64,000 nucleotides of DNA from Dehalococcoidia bacterium (lineage in GTDB: Bacteria; Chloroflexota; Dehalococcoidia; Bin125), in NCBI GenBank assembly GCA_963663235.2, contig CAXXNO010000004.1, positions 544,001-608,000 of the forward strand, read 5' to 3'. The position numbers and the translations under genes are program-made. The notes beneath the pieces are model-generated. The model was not told where the DNA came from, ran no database searches, and saw only the letters and a program-made list of their open reading frames with translations. Shown piece by piece: positions 1 through 10,356 of the stretch (its first letter is position 1; every line of letters starts with the position of its first letter).

Positions 1-1020
1 CGCCTCATCGCTGCCGGCGCCCTCGATGATGGTGGTGTTGTCCTTGGTGGAGACGATGCGGCGGGCGCGGCCCAAGTCGGCCACCTGGGCCTGCTCCAAG
101 GTGCGGCCCAGGTCCTTCAAGACGGCGGTGCCGCCCGTGAGGATGGCGATGTCTTCCAGCATCGCCTTGCGGCGGTCACCGAAGCCGGGCGCCTTCACCG
201 CCAGCACGTTGACCGTGCCGCGCATCTTGTTGACCACCAGGGTGGCGAGCGCTTCCCCGTCCACGTCCTCGCTGACGATCACGAAGTTCTTGCTGATCTG
301 CAGCGCCTTCTCCAGCACGGGCAGGATGTCGTTGACCGCGGAGATCTTATAGTCCGTGACGAGGATGTAGGGGTCCTCCAGCGCCGCCTCCATGCGGTCG
401 GGGTTGCTCACGAAGTAGGGGGAGATGTAGCCGCGGTCCCACTGCAGGCCGTCGACGTACTCCACCTCCATGCGCAGCCCTTTGGACTCCTCGACGGTGA
501 TCACGCCGTCCTTGCCCACCTTCTCCATCACGTCGCCGATGATCTGGCCGGTTTCGGGATTGTCGGCGGCGATGGAGGCCACGGCCGCGACCTCTTCCTT
601 CGACTCCACCGGGCGGGCGCTCTGGCGCAACGCCTCCACCACCACCCGCGATCCCTTGTCGAGGCCGCGCTTGAGGCTCATGGCGCCGGCCCCGGCGGCG
701 AGGTTGCGCATCCCCTCCCGCACGATCGCCTGGGCCAGCACCGTGGCCGTCGTGGTGCCGTCGCCGGCGACGTCGTTGGTGCGGGTGGCGACCTCTTTGG
801 CGAGCTGCGCGCCGAGGTTTTCGAACGGCTGCTCCAGCTCGATCTCCCGCGCGATGGTGACGCCGTCATTGATGATCAACGGGGCGCCGAACTTCTTCTC
901 CAGCACCACGTTGCGTCCCCGCGGCCCCAAGGTGATGCGGACGGCGTTGGCGAGCGCGTCGACCCCATCCTTGAGCGCCTTGCGGGCAGTCAGATCGAAG
1001 AGCATCTGTTTTGCTGGCAT
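1..1020 (-). CDS. groEL: Chaperonin GroEL (partial, runs off window start)
   Basis: Not in ORF track. Manual translation from ATG at 1020: [47 protein letters not shown]...NDGVTIA...[24 protein letters not shown] upstream; follows groES. Confidence 0.98.
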   Translation of the reverse strand, partial: MPAKQMLFDLTARKALKDGVDALANAVRITLGPRGRNVVLEKKFGAPLIINDGVTIAREIELEQPFENLGAQLAKEVATRTNDVAGDGTTTATVLAQAIVREGMRNLAAGAGAMSLKRGLDKGSRVVVEALRQSARPVESKEEVAAVASIAADNPETGQIIGDVMEKVGKDGVITVEESKGLRMEVEYVDGLQWDRGYISPYFVSNPDRMEAALEDPYILVTDYKISAVNDILPVLEKALQISKNFVIVSEDVDGEALATLVVNKMRGTVNVLAVKAPGFGDRRKAMLEDIAILTGGTAVLKDLGRTLEQAQVADLGRARRIVSTKDNTTIIEGAGSDEA

Positions 1021-1144
1021 GGGCAGACCGCTCCTTTCCGCGACCGGGCGCGCCGATCGCTGGCCGACCAGTGCGGGGCGGAGCCGCCCGGCTCGCCCAC
1101 GCAGGGAACACAGCGCGCCACCTGCGCGCCGTGCTCCAGACCGG

Positions 1145-1447
1145 TTAGACGATGACCTTGGCCAGGATCTCGCGCTCTTCGAGCACGATCAGGTCGTCTT
1201 TTTCCACTTTGACGTCCTGGCCGGTGTACTTCTTGTAGAGGATGCGGTCACCGACCGCGATCTCCAGGGGGATGCGCTTGCCGTCGTCGTCGCGCTTGCC
1301 GGGACCGACGGCAAGCACCTCGCCCTGCTGCGGCTTCTCTTTGGCGCTCTCGGGGATCACGATCCCGCTCTCCAGCACCTGCTCCTGCTGCAGCGGCTTG
1401 ATCACAATGCGGTCACCCAGCGGCTCCAACCGTAACGTCTTTGCCAT
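1145..1447 (-). CDS. groES: Co-chaperonin GroES
   Basis: [11 protein letters not shown]...[24 protein letters not shown]; upstream of groEL. Confidence 0.98.
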   Translation of the reverse strand: MAKTLRLEPLGDRIVIKPLQQEQVLESGIVIPESAKEKPQQGEVLAVGPGKRDDDGKRIPLEIAVGDRILYKKYTGQDVKVEKDDLIVLEEREILAKVIV

Positions 1448-1513
1448 CGCTCTGCCCTAGGCCTCTTCCCAACTACGCTGCCGTAGCTGCCTCTGTCTTC
1501 TGTTCGGCTCGGG

Positions 1514-1540
1514 TTAGCACTCTCTAAGGTTGAGTGCCAA
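1514..1540 (-). promoter_or_regulatory. CIRCE element (HrcA operator) of groES-groEL
   Basis: TTAGCACTC-N9-GAGTGCCAA, one mismatch to TTAGCACTC-N9-GAGTGCTAA. Lies between a -10-like TAGGAT (1546-1551, minus) and groES. Confidence 0.95.
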
Positions 1541-1688
1541 GCCGCATCCTATACGGCCCGGCGGCGCGAACGCAACCGCCTGCTTGTCGTGCGGTCATCG
1601 CATCGGGGCGGAAACGGGCGGGTGGGCTCTCTCCGCCACTCGGTCGGCCGCTTGCTTGGCCCTACACGGAACCGTGTATGCTGGTCCC

Positions 1689-2030
1689 ATGGCTGGAGAG
1701 AAGCGGCTGTACCCGCAGCGTCGGGGGGGGCGCCGGGCGCGGGGCCGCAGCGACGAGGGCTGGGACGCAGAGCGGATCCGGCTCTTGCGCCGGCACCTGC
1801 AGCTGACGCAGCGCGAGTTCGCCCGAGAGTTGAACGCGCGCCAGCAGACCGTCTCGGAGTGGGAGACGGGACAGTACCGGCCCCGCGGCCCCTCCGCGCG
1901 GCTGCTCACGCTGATCGCGGAGGACGCCCGGTTTCCGTATGCGGCGGAACTGGACGCGCCCGAGCGGAGCGGGGAAGCGGATCGCGGAGAGGGGCGGCGG
2001 CCGTCGCGCCCGCCCCGGCACCCGGGGTGA
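1689..2030 (+). CDS. XRE/Cro-family HTH transcriptional regulator
   Basis: IRLLRRHLQLTQREFARELNARQQTVSEWETGQYRP is an HTH_3-like motif. Start placed at ATG 1689, 6 nt after TATGCT. Confidence 0.85.
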   Translation: MAGEKRLYPQRRGGRRARGRSDEGWDAERIRLLRRHLQLTQREFARELNARQQTVSEWETGQYRPRGPSARLLTLIAEDARFPYAAELDAPERSGEADRGEGRRPSRPPRHPG

Positions 2031-3283
2031 CGGTGGGCGCCGCGCAGGCGGAGGCCGCGCTCGTGCGCCGCTGGCAGTCGGGTGCGCGCCCGGCCTGGCT
2101 GCGCACCAGCGAGGGGGAGACGCTGCGGGTGCTCTTTCGCGGCGTGCGCAACGGCGGAGCCGGGCCGGACTTTCGCGGCGCGCTCTTCCTCGGCGCCAAC
2201 GGCCGGCCGCTTCGCGGCGACGTGGAGGTCCACCGTCGCGTCGGCGACTGGTGGCGGCACGGGCACCATACGGACGGCGCGTATCGCGAGGTCGTCCTGC
2301 ACGTCGTGGGCGCGATCGAGTCACGGCCAGGGGGCGGCGGACCGCCCCGGACCCTGCTGCTCCCCCCCGCCGCTGCCGGCGCAGGTGAATCGCACGTCTT
2401 TGAGCCGCCCTGTCACGGCCTCGTCCAGCGCGCTGGGGCGCAAGCGGTGGGCGGCGTGCTGGCGAGATTGGGGCGCGACCGTCTGCAGCGCAAGGCTCTG
2501 CGCCTGCGGCGCGCGCTGGCGGACGGCGGCGATCCGGACCAACTGGCCTACCGGCTGCTTCTGGAGGCGCTGGGCCAGGGCGGCGACCCAGAAGTCATGC
2601 GCCGGACCGCGGGCGCGTTGCCCCTGGCCGCCCTCCCGGCGGAGGCGCCGGCGGCGTGCAAGGCGCTGCTCGCGGCCCACGCGGCGGTGGCGGGTGGCGG
2701 GGCGCGGGCGCCCGGTCCACGGCCGGCGAACCGTCCCGAGCGGCGGCTTGCGGCGGCGGCGGCGCTGATCCACCGCTTCCGCAGCGAGGAAGAGGGGCTG
2801 GCTGCCGGGCTCGCCGCCCTGGCGATGATCCCCGCGGCGGCGGCCCAGGAGGCGCTGCGCCTGCCGCGCCTCCTGGGCGCGGAGCGGGCGCGGCAACTGC
2901 TGGTGGACGTGGTCTATCCCTTGGCCTGGGCGCGGTCCGCAGCGCTGGGGCCGCAGCTGTCGGCACGGTGGCTGGCTTTGCCCGGCGCGCGGTACGGGCG
3001 CACGCAGCCGCTGCGCCGTCGGTTGGAGCGCGGCGGGCTGGGCCCGTGGCGGAACGGCGCCACGCAGGCGTTGCTCCACTTGGAGCGCAGTTACTGCCGC
3101 AACGGCGCCTGCGCCGTCTGCCCGCTCGCCGCCCTCGGCCGTTCCGGCCCGGCCGCGGCCGCGCGGTCCCGCGCCGGCGATCAGGCTCGCCGCTCTGCGC
3201 CCGCGGAGAACGGCTCCGCGCCGGAGGTGGAGAACACGTCGAAGGCGAGCGCGGCGTCGGCCGCGGCGCGCTCGTCTTCGTGA
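2027..3283 (+). CDS. DUF2851-family protein
   Basis: GPDF...GDVEVH..GDW..HGH..D..Y..VVLHVV and C-terminal C-x4-C-x2-C (YCRNGACAVCPL). GTG start overlaps the XRE stop (GTGA). Confidence 0.8.
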   Translation: MTVGAAQAEAALVRRWQSGARPAWLRTSEGETLRVLFRGVRNGGAGPDFRGALFLGANGRPLRGDVEVHRRVGDWWRHGHHTDGAYREVVLHVVGAIESRPGGGGPPRTLLLPPAAAGAGESHVFEPPCHGLVQRAGAQAVGGVLARLGRDRLQRKALRLRRALADGGDPDQLAYRLLLEALGQGGDPEVMRRTAGALPLAALPAEAPAACKALLAAHAAVAGGGARAPGPRPANRPERRLAAAAALIHRFRSEEEGLAAGLAALAMIPAAAAQEALRLPRLLGAERARQLLVDVVYPLAWARSAALGPQLSARWLALPGARYGRTQPLRRRLERGGLGPWRNGATQALLHLERSYCRNGACAVCPLAALGRSGPAAAARSRAGDQARRSAPAENGSAPEVENTSKASAASAAARSSS

Positions 3284-4230
3284 CGTCGGTAGTAGGCGGC
3301 GGCGGCGATCATCGCCGCGTTGTCCGTGCACAGCGCCGGCGGCGGCGCGCGCACGGGCGCGGGGACGCGCTCCGCCAGCGCCCGGCGCAGGGCGCCGTTG
3401 GCCGCCACGCCGCCGGCGGCCAGGACCGTGCGCGCGCCGTGCTGCGCGGCGGCCTGGGCGGTCTTCGTGGCGAGGACATCGACCACGGCATCCTGGAACG
3501 CGCGCGCGATGGGCGCGGGATCGACGGGCGGCTCTTGACGCACCCGATGCAGGACGGCCGTCTTGAGGCCGCTGAAGGAGAAGTCCAGGGTGCCCGGCAG
3601 CCAGGAGCGGGGGAACGGCGCCGCCGGCTCCGCTGCCGCGCTCGCCGCCCGCTCGATGGGCGGGCCGCCCGGGAAGGGCAGGCCGAGCAGGCGCGCGACC
3701 TTGTCGAACGCCTCGCCGGCCGCGTCGTCTAGGGTCTGCCCCAGCCGGCGGAAGCGTCCGTGATCGTGCATGAGGATCAACTCGCTGTGACCGCCGCTCA
3801 CCACCAGGCAGACCAGGGGAAAGCGCGGCGGCTCACCGCCGTACTGCGCCAGCGCGGGCTCCAGCCAGTTGGCGTAGATATGGCCCTCGATGTGGTGGAT
3901 CGGCCGGCACGGAAGCCCCCGCGCCCAGGCGATCGCCTTGGCCGCGTTCACCCCCACCAACAGCGACCCGGCCAGGCCGGGCCCCTGCGTCACCGCCACG
4001 GCGTCCAGCTCGTCCCAGCCGCAGCCGGCCTCCGCTAGGGTCGCCTCCAGCACCGGAACCAGGCTTCGCAGGTGCTCGCGCCCGGCAACCTCCGGCACCA
4101 CGCCGCCGAAGCGGGCGTGCAGCGTCTCTTGGGAGGCCACGACCGAGGCGCGCACGTGCCCGCCATCGGCCACCACCGCGGCGGCGTTCTCGTCGCAGGA
4201 GGTCTCCAGGGCCAGGACGGTATACGGCAT
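3181..4230 (-). CDS. tsaD: tRNA threonylcarbamoyltransferase TsaD
   Basis: LALETSCDE, GGVVPEVA, GPGL, HHIEGH, VSGGHS, DDAAGEAFDK, CTDNAAMI motifs. Confidence 0.97.
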   Translation of the reverse strand: MPYTVLALETSCDENAAAVVADGGHVRASVVASQETLHARFGGVVPEVAGREHLRSLVPVLEATLAEAGCGWDELDAVAVTQGPGLAGSLLVGVNAAKAIAWARGLPCRPIHHIEGHIYANWLEPALAQYGGEPPRFPLVCLVVSGGHSELILMHDHGRFRRLGQTLDDAAGEAFDKVARLLGLPFPGGPPIERAASAAAEPAAPFPRSWLPGTLDFSFSGLKTAVLHRVRQEPPVDPAPIARAFQDAVVDVLATKTAQAAAQHGARTVLAAGGVAANGALRRALAERVPAPVRAPPPALCTDNAAMIAAAAYYRRHEDERAAADAALAFDVFSTSGAEPFSAGAERRA

Positions 4231-4269
4231 GCTGCGCTCAGCCTAGCGGGGCAGCCGGGGATGGGGCGG

Positions 4270-7200
4270 CTACGGGGCGGAGAGGAGGGGAAGCGTGGGT
4301 AGGGAGGAGGTCAAGAGGGCGTCGGCGTTGACGTAGTAGAGTCGGCCCTGCGCTTCGTCCGCGACGACGCCGCGCACGTCCCTGAGCAGGTCGGCGCGGA
4401 TCTGCGCGACGAGTTCGCCGGCGGGATTGAAGACCACGACGCGGTTGTTGCCGCGGTCGACGGCGTAGAGCAGGCCGCTCTCCGTCCCCAGCGTTAAGGA
4501 GGCGGCCAGGAGCAGGGGCCGGTCCAGCCCCACCTCGGGGAACGGCTGCTCCTCGCCGTCGAAGAAGCGCCGGATCCGGCCTTCGTCCGTGGCCACGAAG
4601 ATGGCCCCGGCGACGACCAACGAGTTGGCCCCCGTCAGGTCGGTGCGCGTCACGACGGTCGTGCCGGAGGACAGGGTCCCGTCCGGCTCCAGCTCGTAGC
4701 GCCAGACGCTCCCGCCCACGCTGTCCAGCAGGTAGACGGCGCTGCCCTCGACGGCGACCGCGTCGGCCGATCCCAGCGCTTCCGGATTGGGTACATCCAG
4801 GGCGGCGACGCCGCTGGCGGGGTCGTAGCGGTACAGATGCCGCTCGGCGTCCAGGATCACCAGGCCGCCCGCGCTCTTGGCCCACTCCATGCTGATGGGC
4901 TCGGCGGCGGCGGGGCCGCCGAAGCGGCCGACCACGTTGTACTGCTCCCCGGCGCGGAAGATCGTCTGCGGGTCGCCGCCCTCGATCGCAACGGCGAAGA
5001 TGCGGCCGCCGCTCTCGTCCAGGACGTAGACGGCGTCGCCGCCCACCTGGGCGGTCGCCAGCGCGAAGGGGAGCGCAATCACATCGCGGAAGTCGAGCGC
5101 AACGCCGACGTCCGCGGGCTGCACGATCAGGTTGACCAGCCGCAGCGCGTCCTCGACCTCGGCCGCGAAGGCCAGCGCCTCTTCGTGCAGCGGTTGGGCG
5201 TCCAGCGCCGCCTGTACGCTGGCGGCGGCGAGCACCAGTTCGTCGCGGATCACAGCCGGTTCCTCGGCCAGCGAGGCGCCGCGGAAGCGCAGCCGAGCTT
5301 CGGCCAGCGACTCATCGACGCGGCTGCCCTCTGATTCCTGGATCAGGTCCGGGATCAGCAAGGCGCCTGCAACCACCACCAGCACCAGCAGCGCTCCGCC
5401 CAGGATGAGCGCGACGGGCGCCCAGCCGCGCCGCCACGCCGGCCCGCCGGCGGCAGGCGTTCCCTCGCGGACCGGCCGCCGGCGCCGCAAGTTGGGCGCC
5501 ACGGCCCGCAGGCTGAAGAGCGGCGAGGGGTTGGCGACGCCGTCCAGATTGACGCGGCTCTCCAGCACGGGCGGTGGTTGAGGTGTAAATGGATTCCTCG
5601 GCCAGCCTTCGGCGAGCGCGGGCTGGCGCTCCAACACGTCCATGTCGAAGACGGCGGCGTTCTCGACGCCGCCGTCGCCCGCCACGGCCTCCACCGCCTC
5701 CTCGCGCACCAACGTCATGGTCGCGACGTCGCTCTTGCTTCGCGCGCTGGGCGCGTCGCTGTCGTCCGGCGACGGGTCGACGAGGCGCCCCGGCGGGCGC
5801 TCCGCCTCCCCCTCGGGCTCCTCTGGCCGTGCGGCCGGTCCGCCCTCGAAGTCGGGCGCCGCTCTCGGCGCCGTGGCGTCCGGCTCGCTCGCCTCGCGCA
5901 GATCGGAGGTGTCGGCAGTCTCGGGCGCGGGCGCGGGCGCGGACGTCGGGTGAGCGCTGGGCGTGCTCTGCTCCGACTGCGCCGCCTCCGCTGCGGCGGC
6001 CGCCCGAGATGGCTCCTCATCGCCGGCGTCCGTGGCCGTTGGTTTCGCTTGGACGCCGGGCGGCGACCCGGGCTCGGGCGGCGCGCCGGCCGTATCGTCG
6101 TCCGGTTGCGCCTCCCCCGGTTCGAGGCCGCTGGGCCGCGGGTCGATGGCGGCGACCTCCTCCGCGTCGGAGTCCTCCCACTCGAACGCGGGCGGCACGA
6201 CCTCGTCGGCCTCGGCCGCGTCGTCCCCCCCCGCCGGTTCGGGGATGTCGAAGCGGCGCGGCGCAAATGGCGGCGGCGCCAGGTCCCACGGCCGTAGGCC
6301 GTACCCCTCCCCAGCCGCTGCGCCGGCTTCGCCGATCGCGAAATCCGGGGGAGGACGCCCGCGCGAAGGCGGCGGCGCGGAGCGCTCGACGAGCGCCTCC
6401 GCGCGCATCTCCGGGGCCGCCGCCGCCCTCTCCGCCCGCGGTGGCTCCATCTTGCCCCGCGCCTCGTCGTCCGGTCCCATCTCGGCCCAAGGATCGTTCC
6501 AGGGGTCACTGCGCTCCCAACCGAGGCGGCGCCGGACGGCGTGGCGCAGGAACCGGCCGCCTCCCAGGATCGCCCGCGCGACCGGCCCCTGCGGCGGCGG
6601 GGCGGCGGCGGCTTCGATCGCTTCCGCACTCGGCGGCGCGATCGGCTCGACCGCGATCCCGGGCGGCCCGCTCTCCAGCGGCGCGGCCTCGTCACCGGGC
6701 TTCACGGCCGCGGCGGTGTCGACCGCTGCCGGTTCAGGCGGCGGCGGCTGGGTGGCAGGCGCCGCCGCGGCCGCGGGCTGGGTTGCCTCGGCGGCATCGG
6801 ACGCGTGCGGCGCTTGGGCATCCTCGGCCGCGGCCGCGGCGTGCGCCGGGACCGGCGCGACGACCATGGTGGCGGCGTAGGGCAAGGTGCGCAGGAGCGG
6901 ATAGAGCGCGCGAAGAACATCGTCCGGCGAGCGGCCCTGCAGGCGAGCCGCCATCTCGTCCGCGATCGAGTCAGCGGCCGTGCTGCTGATTAGGACGATC
7001 AGATCGCCGCCGCGAAGATCCATCCGGGTGAATTGCGGGGCGACGATCTCGGCCACCCCGAGCGGTCGCGCGGATCGCTTGTCCGTGGGCTGCAGCCGTT
7101 CGACCGTCGATCCACGCCGCACATAGGCCAGACTGGGACCGAGCTGCGCGAGGAACCCCTGATCCTCGCGCAGCACCAGGCAGGAGAGCCCGTAACTGAC

Positions 7201-7497
7201 CTGATCCCGCGGGAGGTTGGTGCGGTTCCAGTCGCGCACCTCGTCGTGCCGATCGCGCAGCACGCGCTGCAGGATGCCGGTGAGCGATCCCTCCGCGGAG
7301 AGGAAGTCCTCCCCGGTGCGGTTCACCAACTCTTCGATGAAGCGCTCGGCGCCGGGGCGGCAGGGCTCAGCCAGCACGAAGAGGCGCGCGGGACGGCCTT
7401 GGAGGTCGTACCGCGCCGCGTAGGCGATTTCGGGGGCCTCTTCGCTGGCATCGCCGTCGGCGATCCGCAGCTGCGCTGTCCAGTACTCTGCCGCCAT
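4270..7497 (-). CDS. Large membrane protein: PP2C-like N-terminal domain, long low-complexity linker, one TM helix, C-terminal beta-propeller (NHL-like)
   Basis: Start re-set to MAAEYW at 7497. PPM-fold-like N-terminus, Pro/Ala/Glu-rich middle, hydrophobic VALILGGALLVLVVVAGALLI, blades such as VYVLDE, VYLLDS, LYAVDRGNNRVVVF. Confidence 0.7.
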   Translation of the reverse strand: MAAEYWTAQLRIADGDASEEAPEIAYAARYDLQGRPARLFVLAEPCRPGAERFIEELVNRTGEDFLSAEGSLTGILQRVLRDRHDEVRDWNRTNLPRDQVSYGLSCLVLREDQGFLAQLGPSLAYVRRGSTVERLQPTDKRSARPLGVAEIVAPQFTRMDLRGGDLIVLISSTAADSIADEMAARLQGRSPDDVLRALYPLLRTLPYAATMVVAPVPAHAAAAAEDAQAPHASDAAEATQPAAAAAPATQPPPPEPAAVDTAAAVKPGDEAAPLESGPPGIAVEPIAPPSAEAIEAAAAPPPQGPVARAILGGGRFLRHAVRRRLGWERSDPWNDPWAEMGPDDEARGKMEPPRAERAAAAPEMRAEALVERSAPPPSRGRPPPDFAIGEAGAAAGEGYGLRPWDLAPPPFAPRRFDIPEPAGGDDAAEADEVVPPAFEWEDSDAEEVAAIDPRPSGLEPGEAQPDDDTAGAPPEPGSPPGVQAKPTATDAGDEEPSRAAAAAEAAQSEQSTPSAHPTSAPAPAPETADTSDLREASEPDATAPRAAPDFEGGPAARPEEPEGEAERPPGRLVDPSPDDSDAPSARSKSDVATMTLVREEAVEAVAGDGGVENAAVFDMDVLERQPALAEGWPRNPFTPQPPPVLESRVNLDGVANPSPLFSLRAVAPNLRRRRPVREGTPAAGGPAWRRGWAPVALILGGALLVLVVVAGALLIPDLIQESEGSRVDESLAEARLRFRGASLAEEPAVIRDELVLAAASVQAALDAQPLHEEALAFAAEVEDALRLVNLIVQPADVGVALDFRDVIALPFALATAQVGGDAVYVLDESGGRIFAVAIEGGDPQTIFRAGEQYNVVGRFGGPAAAEPISMEWAKSAGGLVILDAERHLYRYDPASGVAALDVPNPEALGSADAVAVEGSAVYLLDSVGGSVWRYELEPDGTLSSGTTVVTRTDLTGANSLVVAGAIFVATDEGRIRRFFDGEEQPFPEVGLDRPLLLAASLTLGTESGLLYAVDRGNNRVVVFNPAGELVAQIRADLLRDVRGVVADEAQGRLYYVNADALLTSSLPTLPLLSAP

Positions 7498-7600
7498 GGG
7501 CGGGCCTTTGACCCCCGCCGCCCTCGCGTGGTCGGGGGCAGTATAGCATCGGGGCAGAACGGCCCTGCGCCATCGCTCTCGATGGTCGCTTTGCGCACAG

Positions 7601-8035
7601 ATGTCGACGATGCCCGATCCCTCTTCCAGTCCCACAAACCCCCTCCAGGCGGCCGAGGCGCTGCTTGCCGCTGGCGACGCCGCGGAGATGGAGGCGCTCC
7701 TGCGCCATCTCGCGCGGCAACTCCGGCCCTTTCCTCCCTTCCCCGGCGCGTTCTTCACGGACGGCGTGGAGGTGGAACCGGAGGGCGCGACCCGGCGCGA
7801 CGTGGGCTGCGTGATCGTCACGCCGGACGGCGACCTCAAGGAGCTGCAGATCGGGGTGGACGCCGAAGCGTTCGAGCGTCCCGTTCCGCCGGATCCGGTC
7901 GCCCTGCGCGAGGAGCGGCTGGTGGATCTCCGCCTTCCACCACCGGAGCGATTGCTCTACGCCTACGCCGGCGTGCGCCGGCTGCTGGAGCTGATTCGGG
8001 AGCGGGAGGCGGACGCGCCGCCGCGCCCCAGCTAG
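7601..8035 (+). CDS. Hypothetical protein
   Basis: Globular-looking 144-aa ORF filling the gap between a divergent and a convergent gene. Start could be 7610. Confidence 0.65.
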   Translation: MSTMPDPSSSPTNPLQAAEALLAAGDAAEMEALLRHLARQLRPFPPFPGAFFTDGVEVEPEGATRRDVGCVIVTPDGDLKELQIGVDAEAFERPVPPDPVALREERLVDLRLPPPERLLYAYAGVRRLLELIREREADAPPRPS

Positions 8036-8058
8036 GCGGCCGCGGCCGGGGCGCGGCG

Positions 8059-8583
8059 TCAAGGGAGCGTAATTACGCCCGATCGCCCGCCCCGCTTCTC
8101 CCGCAGACGGATGTCGCTCAGCCGCATACCACGGTCCACGGCCTTGGCCATGTCGTAGACGGTCAGCGCCGCGACACTGACGGCCGTCAGCGCCTCCATC
8201 TCCACACCGGTGGCGGCGCTACAGCGCACGCGGGCGCGGATCTCGATGGCGCCACCGAACCCCTCGGGCGCTTCCTCCGAGAGACGCAACTCCACGTCCA
8301 CGTGCGTGATCGGGAGGGGATGGCAGAGCGGGACCAGTTCGTGCGTGCGTTTGGCGGCCATGATCCCGGCGATCCGGGCCGTGACCAGCGCGTCGCCCTT
8401 CTTGAGCGCCTGATCGCGGATCAGCCGGAGCGTCTCCGCCTGCATGAGCACGCGCCCCTCGGCCACCGCCTCGCGCTCGGTGGCGGGCTTGGCGCTCACG
8501 TCGACCATGCGCGGCCGCCCGGCGGTGTCGACGTGCGAGAGCGCGGATGCGCCGGCCGCGGCGGCGCGATTGGCGTCGGTCAC
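8059..8583 (-). CDS. moaC: Cyclic pyranopterin monophosphate synthase MoaC
   Basis: LSHVD...[46 protein letters not shown] start at 8583. Confidence 0.97.
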   Translation of the reverse strand: MTDANRAAAAGASALSHVDTAGRPRMVDVSAKPATEREAVAEGRVLMQAETLRLIRDQALKKGDALVTARIAGIMAAKRTHELVPLCHPLPITHVDVELRLSEEAPEGFGGAIEIRARVRCSAATGVEMEALTAVSVAALTVYDMAKAVDRGMRLSDIRLREKRGGRSGVITLP

Positions 8584-8587
8584 CGCC

Positions 8588-9619
8588 TCACCCTCCGATG
8601 TAGGACATCTCAATGCGCGCTATCTCTGCGGTGGCCCCGGTGCGGATCTCCGAGTAGCGGTCCTCGCGGGCGCGCCAGACGCCGGTGAGCAGGTCCGCGA
8701 TGGCGGCGTCGTCGGCGCCGTCCCGCAGCGGGGCGCGCAGGTCCGTCCCCTGCGTTGCGAAGAGGCAGGTGTACAACTTGCCCTCGGGCGAGAGCCGGGC
8801 TCGCGTGCACTCGTTGCAGAACGGCTGCGTCACGGACGTGATCACGCCCACCTCGCCACCGCCGTCCTTGTGACGGTAGCGGCGCGCCACTTCGCCTGGA
8901 TAGAGCGGCTCGACCGGCTCCAGGGGCATGGCCGCGTCGATTTGGGCCACCACCTCGGCGGCGGGCACGACATTGTCCAGGCGCCAGCCGTTCGTGTGGC
9001 CCACATCCATGTACTCGATGAAGCGCACAATATGGCCGCTGCCTTGGAAGTGCCGGACGAGATCGACCACCGTGTGATCGTTAATGCCCCGGCGCACCAC
9101 GGCGTTGATCTTCACCGGCCGCAGGCCGGCGCTGGCGGCGGCCTGGATCCCCTCCAGCACGCGGGCCACCGGGAAGTCGGCGTCGTTCATCGAACGGAAA
9201 ACGGCGTCGTCCAACGAGTCCAGGCTGACCGTCACCCGGGAGAGCCCGGCGTCCGCCAGATCCTGCGCCTGCGCCGCCAGCAGCGACCCGTTGGTTGTCA
9301 ACGTCACTTCCAGCGCCGGGATCGCCGCCAGCATCCGGACGAGCGTCGGCAGCTCGCGGCGCAAGAGCGGCTCGCCGCCCGTGAGGCGCACCTTGCGCAC
9401 ACCCAACTTCGCGAAGATCCGGGCTAGCCGGCAGATCTCTTCAAAGCTGAGGATCTGCGAACTGGGCAGGAATTGGAAGCCGGGGCCGAAGACCTCCCGG
9501 GGCATGCAGTAGCCGCAGCGGAAGTTGCAGCGGTCGGTCACGGAGATCCGCAGATCGCGCAGCGGCCGATCGAATCGGTCCCGCGGCTCGGGGCGGCCCT
9601 CAGCGCGCCGGGCGCTCAT
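8588..9619 (-). CDS. moaA: GTP 3',8-cyclase MoaA (radical SAM)
   Basis: [32 protein letters not shown]-terminal MSYIGG. Confidence 0.97.
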   Translation of the reverse strand: MSARRAEGRPEPRDRFDRPLRDLRISVTDRCNFRCGYCMPREVFGPGFQFLPSSQILSFEEICRLARIFAKLGVRKVRLTGGEPLLRRELPTLVRMLAAIPALEVTLTTNGSLLAAQAQDLADAGLSRVTVSLDSLDDAVFRSMNDADFPVARVLEGIQAAASAGLRPVKINAVVRRGINDHTVVDLVRHFQGSGHIVRFIEYMDVGHTNGWRLDNVVPAAEVVAQIDAAMPLEPVEPLYPGEVARRYRHKDGGGEVGVITSVTQPFCNECTRARLSPEGKLYTCLFATQGTDLRAPLRDGADDAAIADLLTGVWRAREDRYSEIRTGATAEIARIEMSYIGG

Positions 9620-10232
9620 CCGGCTCCTCCAGAATCGCCGCCAGCAGCGGCGCCGCCGCCGCGACAGCGCGCGCGCGATGGCTGATCGCATTCTTCTCCG
9701 TCGGCGAGAGTTCGGCCATGCGCCGCCCGTCCGGCAGTTCAAAGACGGGGTCGTAGCCGAACCCATCCTGCCCGCGTTCGTCGTCGGCGATCCGGCCTTC
9801 CACTGTTCCCTCCGCGAAGCGAACCGCGGCTTCCTGCGGCAACGCCAGCGCCACCACAGCGCGGAAACGAGCGCCGCGGCGGGCCCGGGGCACGCCCCGC
9901 AGCTCGGTCAAGAGCTGGGCCCGCTTGGCCGCGTCCGTTGAGCCGGGGCCAGCATAACGCGCCGAGCGCACGCCGGGCAGCCCTCCCAGCGCATCCACCT
10001 CCAGACCGGAGTCGTCCGCCAGGGCCGGGATGGCGGCGGCGTCCGCGTACACCCGCGCCTTGCGGGCGGCATTCTCGCGGTAGGTCGTGCCGTCCTCGGC
10101 CACCGTCACCTCCGCCAGACCGACCTCCGCGGGAGTCAGGCACTCCCAGGCCGGATCGATGAGCGCCCGCAGCTCGCGCGCTTTTCCGGGATTGGTCGTG
10201 GCGAGAAGGAGTCGCTTGCGCCGCTGAGCCAT
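9600..10232 (-). CDS. rdgB: Non-canonical purine NTP pyrophosphatase (RdgB/HAM1)
   Basis: [39 protein letters not shown]. Confidence 0.96.
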   Translation of the reverse strand: MAQRRKRLLLATTNPGKARELRALIDPAWECLTPAEVGLAEVTVAEDGTTYRENAARKARVYADAAAIPALADDSGLEVDALGGLPGVRSARYAGPGSTDAAKRAQLLTELRGVPRARRGARFRAVVALALPQEAAVRFAEGTVEGRIADDERGQDGFGYDPVFELPDGRRMAELSPTEKNAISHRARAVAAAAPLLAAILEEPDERPAR

Positions 10233-10356
10233 GGCGTCCCCCACGGTACCGCTTTACCCCATTGATCCGCACGATGGATTGCGGCCATCGGGCGGTGCGC
10301 TACGCTGAGGGTCGAGGCGGAACCGGAGCGACCGGACATCGGCCACGGGTCGTCCA

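Noticed and set aside
7498-7839. N-terminal extension of the 1189-aa ORF
   Set aside because: Overlaps the divergent 7601-8035 gene; ATG 7497 has an RBS-like AAGGG and an upstream TATACT.
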